DNA of 63,885 nt, the filler included, from Octopus bimaculoides (lineage: Eukaryota): NCBI RefSeq assembly GCF_001194135.2. It is 4 parts of 4 records of this genome, joined end to end, with 100 filler letters (N's around TTAATTAATTAA, not from the genome) between each part and the next. Parts side by side here need not be neighbours in the genome. Positions count along the whole stretch, not along the records: positions 49,550 to 53,535 come from NW_026298432.1; positions 53,636 to 63,885 come from NC_068988.1; 2 more parts are not named here. One strand, written 5' to 3'. Under the pieces are notes generated by a model. That model was given only the letters and a program-made list of their open reading frames with translations. It searched no databases and was not told where the DNA came from. How positions within the stretch are numbered: the first letter of the stretch is position 1; each line of letters opens with the position of its first letter. This document shows positions 52,780 to 63,885 of the stretch, in pieces. Both the position numbers and the translations under genes were made by a program.

Positions 52780-52955
52780 TCAAAAAAACAATAACAAAAA
52801 AAAAAAAATCAACAAAGTGAGGACGTGATATGGATAGTATTATTGGACGTTCAGGAAAGGAAAGAGAGAGTGTATGACGTTTCGGGCGTAGCCCTTCGTC
52901 GGAAAGATGGAAAGTTCGGAGAATGGAAGAACGGAGAAAGAGGAAGATGGTAGCC
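52780..52955 (-). mobile_element. Second copy of the short hammerhead-bearing repeat, between (TA)n runs
   Basis: See 24500-24705. Confidence 0.55.
52873..52905 (-). ncRNA. Variant minimal hammerhead motif (U4C)
   Basis: UUU CCGACGA A GGGC UAC GCCC GAA ACGU C AUA; stem I weak. Confidence 0.5.
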
Positions 52956-53373
52956 CACGAGGTTATATATGTATATATATTAGTATATGAACGCGCGCGT
53001 GTGTGTGTATGTGTGCGTGTGTGTGTTTGTGTGTGATTAGAAAATATATATTTACTGTGAATATATTGTACTAAGAAACAATACACCATTGAAAATTTGA
53101 CAAAGATCAACCAAAGAATTACATACATAAGCAATTTTACAGTAGACATTATTTTGACTTTTAATCTAAAACTACTACTACAGCTTTTGCATATAAATGA
53201 AATAATATATAACTTTAAAATTATTTCTCATGCTTACAACATTTATACTTTCCTATCTTTTACACACAGGGCTTCCGGTAGAACTTCGAATCTAGAGCTA
53301 TTACAACAGATTCTCAGGAAATAAATTATATTTCACAATCGTTGTCTTTCTTTCTTCCTGCACACGCACACAC

Positions 53374-53423
<50 letters not shown>

Positions 53424-53493
53424 GAGTGTGTATGTGTGTGTGTGTGTGTATGTGTGCGTGAGTGTATATATATATATATACATACATACATAC

Positions 53494-53535
<42 letters not shown>

Positions 53536-53659
53536 NNNNNNNNNNNNNNNNNNNNNNNNNNNNNNNNNNNNNNNNNNNNTTAATTAATTAANNNNNNNNN
53601 NNNNNNNNNNNNNNNNNNNNNNNNNNNNNNNNNNNATATATATACATATAAATTACTCA

Positions 53660-54330
53660 CTGTGCGTTGAAGCTCAATTTGGAAGTTTGCATAAAAGAAA
53701 ATGAAAACGCAGGAGCCCATCCCAAAATTGAAGTATTTTCAAAAATCAAACATCCTCATCTATTATTGAGCAATGACAGTTTACTCAAAATAACAGCCCT
53801 CAGCGATTACTACGGTTTTAATTCAGCTCCAGTACCTGGCACTTGCGTTTCTTACTGAGTTCCAGGAAAGTTCTTCGATTATATCCTTGAACTTGGCCAA
53901 CAGCTCGGCCTACATGCCTTTGGCATAGCAGTTGGTGTCTTTCTCACTCGTGTGTCGCACTTAGTAATTCATAGGATTACAATATTTGGTAGCAATTCGT
54001 AGAAATTCCCCTGACAACAACTTTTGAATCTTTCCGGAGGTATGGCAAGGAACCGAATCCTGATGCCACACCTATGTGGCCTTCCAGCGGTAATCATCTC
54101 CAGCCAGGAATTGACCAGTCTGAAGCAGCTTCATATAGGCCTCCGAATAGAGTCTAACGCCTTGTTTAAAGATGCGGGAATTAAGTCTAGCAAGTGGACG
54201 CAATCAGAACGCCTGCTGTGTCCCTTCCTGCAAGCTACGGCTTCCTAATCTCCTTTGCAGCTGTCCACGTCAGGTCCTACAGGATTTGCAATGTTTACAG
54301 AGCACTGACCATCAGAAAAAATATCGGTAT
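53660..54330 (-). mobile_element. Tc1/mariner-superfamily (maT/DD37D-like) transposase remnant
   Basis: Minus strand RLYSEAYMKLLQT, WHQDSVPCHTSGK, YCNPMNY, AELLAKFKDIIEELSWNSVRNASARYWS*IKTVVIAEGCYFE*. Confidence 0.7.
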
Positions 54331-54705
54331 CATGAGAGCCAGCTGGGATCATCATAATACATGTAACACTCTTTCAATATTCGGATGGTATGAAGACCAC
54401 TATGTCAGCTAACATTTTCTCAAATACAGCTTTAAATGTTCTGCCCGCCAACGCCGTTGAATGTTCACCAATGCATCTGTCTGTTTCTGAAAAGACGAGA
54501 CAATGAAAATATACATCCTGACATATATAAACGTAAATATACACATACACACATATATATGTAGGTGGGCCTGTAAGCGTATTTATATATGCAATATACA
54601 AACTATATATACGTGTATATATAAATATATATAATATATACATATACGTGTATATATAAATATATATAATATATACATATATATGTATGTATATATGTAT
54701 ATATA

Positions 54706-54738
<33 letters not shown>

Positions 54739-55173
54739 NNNNNNNNNNNNNNNNNNNNNNNNNNNNNNNNNNNNNNNNNNNNNNNNNNNNNNNNNNNNNN
54801 NNNNNNNNNNNNNNNNNNNNNNNNNNNNNNNNNNNNNNNNNNNNNNNNNNNNNNNNNNNNNNNNNNNNNNNNNNNNNNNNNNNNNNNNNNNNNNNNNNNN
54901 NNNNNNNNNNNNNNNNNNNNNNNNNNNNNNNNNNNNNNNNNNNNNNNNNNNNNNNNNNNNNNNNNNNNNNNNNNNNNNNNNNNNNNNNNNNNNNNNNNNN
55001 NNNNNNNNNNNNNNNNNNNNNNNNNNNNNNNNNNNNNNNNNNNNNNNNNNNNNNNNNNNNNNNNNNNNNNNNNNNNNNNNNNNNNNNNNNNNNNNNNNNN
55101 NNNNNNTATATATATTTATTTATATATACGTCTATATATCTATGTTGCATATATAAGCTTATATGCATGTCTG

Positions 55174-55222
<49 letters not shown>

Positions 55223-56243
55223 GCGCGCGCATACCCATATGCCAGTTTGTATGTTGATGTACCAGTATATACATGGTACATACATTCATAAATATTTACA
55301 CACATATTGAAATACACATACACATATCTCTGTTTGCATGTGCCATCCGATCAAATCAAATCTATTCTTTTCCCTCTAGGCGTACTTTTATACAGTTGTC
55401 ACTGACCAAAAGAAGTTAAAGTGTACATTCAGAGAAATTTTAATGGCTATTTCTGCAGTTGGTAAAACTTTATAGAGTTCGTGACCCAATATAAGAGGTA
55501 AGTCAATACAAGTGTTAAGTTTACAATCTTCAAACTTGTCCAGCAATTTTGCTGCAACTAACAAAATATACATACGCGTTCACGCATAGACATTAACTCA
55601 GTTGGAGTATGCATGTGCAAGCGTGCGTGAGTATATAATGAGTTATACCTAAAATGTAAATAGATGTACATATATACATACACACAGTGTGTGTCATACG
55701 TATATGCACAGATACATACACGCACATTATGCTTGTATATATANNNNNNNNNNNNNNNNNNNNNNNNNNNNNNNNNNNNNNNNNNNNNNNNNNNNNNNNN
55801 NNNNNNNNNNNNNNNNNNNNNNNNNNNNNNNNNNNNNNNNNNNNNNNNNNNNNNNNNNNNNNNNNNNNNNNNNNNNNNNNNNNNNNNNNNNNNNNNNNNN
55901 NNNNNNNNNNNNNNNNNNNNNNNNNNNNNNNNNNNNNNNNNNNNNNNNNNNNNNNNNNNNNNNNNNNNNNNNNNNNNNNNNNNNNNNNNNNNNNNNNNNN
56001 NNNNNNNNNNNNNNNNNNNNNNNNNNNNNNNNNNNNNNNNNNNNNNNNNNNNNNNNNNNNNNNNNNNNNNNNNNNNNNNNNNNNNNNNNNNNNNNNNNNN
56101 NNNNNNNNNNNNNNNNNNNNNNNNNNNNNNNNNNNNNNNNNNNNNNNNNNNNNNNNNNNNNNNNNNNNNNNNNNNNGTATATATACATATATATACATAC
56201 ATATGTATGCATATATGCATACATATATATAATAATGTTATAA

Positions 56244-56299
<56 letters not shown>

Positions 56300-56574
56300 A
56301 TGGAGTGTTCGCCAGTTTCAGGTTGTTATGCTTGTTTTACAAGCCAAGGTGTACGTCTTTTAACATAATTTCTACTTAACAATTTTGCTTCTTTATTTTA
56401 TGACTACAACCTTTCGAATCGAGCATTTATATAGAATTGGTAATTAGGGATTTAATAAATTACGTTGTATGTCATACGAGTTAATGGCATTCATGCCGTT
56501 TCCACAACGCCACGGCATTGATGATTGTATAGTAAAAATAACAACAACGATGACAACAACAGCATTGATAATAA

Positions 56575-57140
<566 letters not shown>

Positions 57141-57245
57141 TAATAATGATGATAATAATAATAATAATAATAATAATGATGATGATGATGATGATGATAA
57201 TAATAATAGTGATAGTAATACTACTACTACTACTACTACTACTAC

Positions 57246-57279
<34 letters not shown>

Positions 57280-57293
57280 TGTGATGATTTATT

Positions 57294-57353
<60 letters not shown>

Positions 57354-57738
57354 ACAACGCTCTGTTACCTTCATTGTTGTTAGCAGTAGCAACATCAATA
57401 TCAAAATACGTGTTTAAAAGCAACAGCTGTTTTTTTAAAAAGAATGTGTGTGCGTCTGTTCACGCGCGCGCGTAATTTATTAGTAGAAATCTGAATTCTT
57501 AGGAAGTTATAAAATCTTTACCACAATAACCTTTATACAACACTTCTCTACATGTTGTGTGGCTAACATAAAACCTGTTCCTCGTAACACTGGCTGTGCG
57601 TGCTTTCTGCATTTCGGAAAAAAAATTTCTTGGAAGCAACTCAGGTAGTCAAGTTTGGAAAATAGAACACACATACAAACACAAGCACACATACACACAC
57701 AGACGCACACACACACACAAACAAACAAACATACTCTT

Positions 57739-57769
<31 letters not shown>

Positions 57770-57922
57770 TCATATACGCACAACAAAATTCTATTGTAGT
57801 TATATTGAATTGTATATTATTTAAAAGATAGAAAAAATAGTGTCAGCGACTGATTATTGATATACACATCTTTACATAGTATTTGGTATGACTATATAAC
57901 AATTAATAGGAGCCACTCTTAG

Positions 57923-57956
<34 letters not shown>

Positions 57957-58472
57957 ATGTATGCATACAGTAGGAACTATTCTACATGCTGCTATATAGA
58001 GCGATTGTTAAAAATAGCGACTATGCACATGTTTATAGTGTCGTAGACACTGCTGTAAACGGGTGCGCGAATTATATATGTATTAATATTATTCTAACCA
58101 CCACTATGCACGAACGCGTGCTTTATATGCGTGATTACTGACGTGTTTAATTGCACCCTAAGATGCAGATATACAATTTACGATATACATGTGAACACTT
58201 TTCTACACACGTGCGTTTCGGATACATGTTATATGCTGATTCTATTAATCGAACCACAACAAGGAATATTGAAAAGAATATAAACCAAGTTTTTAAAGTA
58301 TGCTTCCTGTCAAAAGTTGTTTAATTGTATATGTGATATTAGGCGTGCATCAGTTCGTGCGTTTATACGTAAGGTATGTATCGCTATGTTACACGCTGAC
58401 AAACGTACTCGCATAAGTATAAAGTATAGGAGTGAACGCAAACACACGCGCGTACACACACACACACACACA

Positions 58473-58511
<39 letters not shown>

Positions 58512-58858
58512 ACACACATGCACAAACACACTCACCCACACGGGAATAAAATCTGTGACTGTGAAAACGTGGAAGTTGGTGTATTGCTTAGCGTTTCCAT
58601 GTTCATATACTAAATTGAACTACTTTCAGTTTCCCATTTATGTATGTATGCATGTATGTATGTATGTATGTATGTTTCTATGTATGTTTGTAGGCATGCA
58701 TGTATGTATATATGTATGTGTATGCAAGTGTGTACGTGTCTATATCTGTTTTTATGTATGTATAAGTGGGTTAGAATTTTCCTGGATATGAAGGGAAATT
58801 GTAATCGACGCGCGTGCGTAAACCCCAGTTATACCCGATTTTAAATAGGATTAATTAC

Positions 58859-59531
58859 CTGCATACATGTCAGTGACCTCCTCTTGAAGCATCCGGTTAA
58901 TATCCACTCCAGGGTCATACTTGAACAGTCTTTGTTGATAGATAGAGCGTTTTTCCATGAAATTATAATGAAGTGCTTCTATCGTTAAATGACACATGTT
59001 GGTGACAATATTGGAATATGCTAATTTCGAATAAAGAATCACAAATCGTGTCCATTCATAGGATTTGAAAAGTCGAAGGAAGAATGTGAAAAGGCTACTG
59101 AAGTTTACTGGACCAACTCGAGTCAAAGTAGGATAGGTTTCAAAACGGTAGCTCGAAAAGTCCATTGCCATTGAACCAGCTGTAATTACTGGTATATTCC
59201 AAAATTTTGCTTGTCGCACCAAGGGTCCGGCGGCATAATCACAAACGGGTCCAAAAAAAACATCAATTTGGGTTTGCATGTATAAATCAATAGAGGCTTT
59301 TATGCCATGTGCTATTGAACACTTCGAATCTCCAGACTTGACTGAAAACGTCAAATTTGATATTTTTGGAAGATTGTCCATGGCGAGTCTTATTGCGGGT
59401 AAAACACGCTGGAGACAAAATAGCCATTGCTCGTTGGTCGGTAAAATCACCACGATGTTCACAGTTTTACATTCTACTCTAGAAGAACAATGTAGAAATA
59501 GAAACCAAGGGACTAAGAGTCGCAGAGCCAT
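58859..59531 (-). CDS. First coding exon of a natriuretic peptide receptor / receptor guanylyl cyclase family gene (ANF-receptor extracellular domain)
   Basis: ATG at 59531, hydrophobic signal peptide MALRLLVPWFLFLHCSSRVEC, family motifs DSKCS, FFGPVCDYAAGPLVRQAKFWNIPVITAG, TLTRVGP; frame open for 224 codons then GCA G|GTAATT phase-1 donor at 58859/58858. NPR1/2-type versus NPR3-type cannot be told from this exon. Confidence 0.92.
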
Positions 59532-61044
59532 CTCTTTAAACTTTAAACAGATTGAGTTGGAGAAATGTGGTGTTTCTAATTTTTTGTTTGTATTTTTAGC
59601 TAAACATCGCCACTACTTTTGGCTGTGTGTTGTATACATGTTGATGCGACGGTGATATTGGAAAAAAATCTGTTGATGTTGTTGTTTCTGTTGTGGTTCT
59701 ATCAGCGGTGGAGGTATTTGTGCAGTCGGCATTATTTGCAACTCTGTAACAAACTATCTCCACAACAAAAGTTGCGTTGATGACAACTTTTCCGAAATCA
59801 CAAAACAAGTCATTCAGAACTAGAATAGACAAACTGACATCTAGCAGATAAACGGCTAAACTAATCGATCAGTTCTTCTTTATCTGCTTTTATGTGTTTG
59901 TGTGTGCGTGTGTGTGCATGTGTGTGTATGCGTGTGTGCGTGTGTTTGTGTGTGTGTGTGTGTATGTGTGTGTGTGTGTGTATGAGGTTATTTTATCAAC
60001 CGGGAAATATATAATATACAATTTAAATATATGGCACAGTCTAATCGATTATTGTAATTTGTATAGAAAAACTACCAAATAGAAATTAAATCTTATATGC
60101 AAAAAGTGCAATTTATTTTTCTCCCGATGTCAGTCATGTAATAATATATAAAAGATGTATTCGTGATGACGATATATAANNNNNNNNNNNNNNNNNNNNN
60201 NNNNNNNNNNNNNNNNNNNNNNNNNNNNNNNNNNNNNNNNNNNNNNNNNNNNNNNNNNNNNNNNNNNNNNNNNNNNNNNNNNNNNNNNNNNNNNNNNNNN
60301 NNNNNNNNNNNNNNNNNNNNNNNNNNNNNNNNNNNNNNNNNNNNNNNNNNNNNNNNNNNNNNNNNNNNNNNNNNNNNNNNNNNNNNNNNNNNNNNNNNNN
60401 NNNNNNNNNNNNNNNNNNNNNNNNNNNNNNNNNNNNNNNNNNNNNNNNNNNNNNNNNNNNNNNNNNNNNNNNNNNNNNNNNNNNNNNNNNNNNNNNNNNN
60501 NNNNNNNNNNNNNNNNNNNNNNNNNNNNNNNNNNNNNNNNNNNNNNNNNNNNNNNNNNNNNNNNNNNNNNNNNNNNNNNNNNNNNNNNNNNNNNNNNNNN
60601 NNNNNNNNNNNNNNNNNNNNNNNNNNNNNNNNNNNNNNNNNNNNNNNNNNNNNNNNNNNNNNNTATATATATATATATTTATATATATATATATGTATGT
60701 ATGTATATATGTATATCAGTAACGGATCATCACTGGTGTTCTAGCAGACAGTTCCGGTCTGTGAGGCTGAGAAGTGGAAGCAAGTGTTGCTTGCATTGTC
60801 GACGTTAATGTTAGGCGCTGACGGCAGTGTGACTGAATGAGTCTGTGGAGTTGAAGCGCTGGAAGTGTGCGCCTGTTATTCCGATGTATTTTATCTTAGA
60901 TGCAGTTGTTCCAATGCAGTTGAAGACAGCGAATGCGAAGCAAACAAAAAGACGCGCTCACATATAGTTGTTCAGACACACATACCTAGATTGCACGGAC
61001 GCTATACGTACGTATGTATATACTTATACATACCCACAAACACA

Positions 61045-61075
<31 letters not shown>

Positions 61076-62806
61076 NNNNNNNNNNNNNNNNNNNNNNNNN
61101 NNNNNNNNNNNNNNNNNNNNNNNNNNNNNNNNNNNNNNNNNNNNNNNNNNNNNNNNNNNNNNNNNNNNNNNNNNNTGTGTATGAGAGAGGGAAAAAGAAA
61201 GTGAAGAAGAGAGAGCGAGAGAGAGCAAAATGCAGATAGATAAATTAGGTGTGTTCTCTTCCCTACTTCAAAACATAGGGACCGCATTACAGGGTTTACA
61301 GATTGAGTAACGAATTTCAAATAGAAGAAAACAACAAATAGAAGAAAACGACAGCAAAAATTCTTATTCCATTTATCTCGCAGGTAGAAATTATATTTTA
61401 CTGTGCGAAATAAAACCAACCACTTAACCTAATTAGACATGAACACAGCATCCCTAATGTAATATCTTAATCTGCAGTTGAAGCTGTATTTAATAAAGCC
61501 GATGGATGCTACGAAGATGTGATGCAACGCTGTCGGTCACAGCCTTCGAAACAATCAAATCTCACAACATTGATAGAAGGTCCAACCCCACCGGTAAATC
61601 AATGTTACTGTATGTTATGCGCTCCATCACCACATAAAACATCTATGCTAAAAGTGCTTCCACTAAATATTTCTCGAGCCGACAGTTTCCACCTGTTGTT
61701 CAAGTCTAATAAACCCAATGTAAACGTGAGCTACAGATGTAGAAAGAAAATGCACAAAATTAGAAAGAACAAAAATCAAGGTACTATCCGTCACTATCTG
61801 TAACGAGGTGTTACAAGATATAACCGCTGTATAATATGCTATAATTGCTATGACAGGCAAATAATTCGATACAAATATAGCATTCTACAAAAACGTATTC
61901 TCTAGCATTTTAACTTATTATTATGACTACGAGAGAATACTATCAAACTCCGCTCATATCAGCACAATAACTCATCACAGTCACCGGATCTAAAAGAATA
62001 TGCAGCCCTATCCAATCAGATTTGTGAAACCAAGAATGCATGAATGAAAACAAATATCAAACGAGTGATTGCAGATAGCTCATCATAGAGAACGAAGCGC
62101 TTCTTCTTCAGATCAGATTTGCAAATGCACTGCTTCTCAATTCATACACAAAAGATCCAGACTCATCTCAAGTTACTGACATATGCCATAATCTATATTA
62201 ACCAACATCAAAACAATACATAGTTGAATTAGCAAATTAAAGAATGTTTAACACTAGCAAAACGACCAGATACGTGAACTTTCAATTTCACGTGTCCAAC
62301 CACGCAACAAACAGCCATGAGATCAATCTTAAAGGTTAGGCACCTGCAGATGCCTGTCGGAAGCAGCAGGTGTCGTCCCCAGGACTACAATCTTAAACAT
62401 ACAGCTGCTAATAAAATTAGCGACAAAGACGACCAAGCCATGTAATTAATCATTTAACAAACAAACCGACAAAACCACTTTGATTTAAAACGTGTATAAT
62501 ACAAATACATTAAACAACTTTTGCACTTCATTATTTCAGACTAATATTTCACTACATTTCAATGACGGCAATGGCACCTAACGTGTGGTTATCATGAAAT
62601 ATCAACTCATACATTACACACTGAAAAGAGGAAACGAGAGAGGTAAAAAATAGCGGTAAAAGAAGGAGCGAGCGGTAAAAAAAAATATATGAAGAGTAGG
62701 TATAGACAGAAATGAATTTGAAATGTAAATTTTACTCACTAAGCAACATAAAAAGAAGAATGACATGAAAACAGTGTGTGTGTGTTAGTATTTCTGTGCG
62801 TGTGTG

Positions 62807-62850
<44 letters not shown>

Positions 62851-62933
62851 ATAGATCGATAGACAGACATAGATACATATACAGATAAGGAAATAGATAG
62901 TTAGAGAGATAAACAGATAGATAGATAGATACA

Positions 62934-63160
62934 TTTCTTTTATGAGCCAAACAGGGCTTTACACAGAGGGGACAAATACAATGTGGAGCTTTTTCTTTTT
63001 GGGAGGAGGAAGGAGAGAGAAAAAAGGGGGGGCGTTCAAAAGGGATCGAGAGACAAAAAGTGATCAATGTTCTCGTATAAAAAAAAAGGCGGGTATAGTT
63101 TAGGTTTAACCGTGGAAAGAAAAGCCTACGGAAAAGACCACGGTAACCTTGGCTAATATT
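62934..63160 (-). mobile_element. 3' terminus of a LINE-like element (probably Tx1-like) in (GATA)n
   Basis: Minus strand ...cattgtatttgtcccctctgtgtaaagccctgtttggctcataaaagaaa then gtatctatctatct; family assignment is from recollection, not from in-window coding homology. Confidence 0.45.
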
Positions 63161-63318
63161 ATCTTTGTCATTGAAGAAACCATAACAGTTAGTGACTCTC
63201 TTTTACCTTTTTTTTTGTTTCTTTCTTGTTTTTTTTTTACTCTTTTATAGGGTTATGCTCAAGGTGGTATGGATAGATGGATAGAGAGATCGACAGAATA
63301 ATAGCTAGTTAGCTAGCG

Positions 63319-63378
<60 letters not shown>

Positions 63379-63554
63379 GGACAGATAGATAGATATGATA
63401 GTTTTAAGTGTTTGTAATTGCAAGAAAGAGAGAAATGAAAATCATCCCAAATACTTCGGTAGAATGTGCTTTTGTCAATCCCTAATAACTCTAAGAGAAA
63501 GTTAGCTTCACCAGAATAGCAATGCAGGTGACAGAAAATATCATACGTATGCAC

Positions 63555-63587
<33 letters not shown>

Positions 63588-63850
63588 CTACTCACACATG
63601 CACCTACATGTCCCTATTTGTGTGTGTGTGTGTGTGTGCATGTATGTGCGTATCTAAGCCACAGTATATATTTAGGTTACTATAAGATACTTGCATTTTT
63701 AGTTGCGTTGAATTTGGGCATTAGTCAAGAAGTCAGCGTGTGTACTAATTGCTTGTGTCTATTGCAGATGTAACATTGCTTTCAAATTTTGGAACAAGGT
63801 CGGCATCAAAGAGAGCGAGGGAAGTCGATTACATCTCTCTCTCTCTCTCT

Positions 63851-63885
<35 letters not shown>

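Noticed and set aside
18241-53591. Recurrent TTAATTAATTAA between N runs
   Set aside because: Six-frame-stop scaffolding linker, not biological.

Overview
AT-rich, microsatellite-saturated, gappy animal genomic DNA; the repeat families suggest a cephalopod, probably Octopus (inference from recognition, no search run). One host coding feature is solid: first coding exon of a natriuretic-peptide-receptor / receptor guanylyl cyclase family gene on the minus strand (59531->58859, signal peptide plus ANF ligand-binding domain, GT donor); I found no exon 2 in the 58 kb downstream. The rest is mostly decayed mobile DNA: Penelope-like elements of two clades, R4/Dong RLE-type LINEs in (TAA)n, Tx1-, RTE- and CR1/Jockey-like LINE fragments, three Tc1/mariner-superfamily remnants, several tRNA-derived SINE families and MITE-like hairpins. 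Most notable unexplained structure: a complete type I hammerhead ribozyme at 34056-34120 (-) plus four further complete-fold (intact or decayed) hammerhead motifs and one half-site, all on the minus strand, i.e. sense to the receptor transcript. There is also a sharp CpG-poor to CpG-rich transition near 17-18.7 kb that coincides with a scaffold linker. Almost all ORFs in the supplied track are microsatellite, gap or antisense artefacts. Element boundaries are approximate unless stated.
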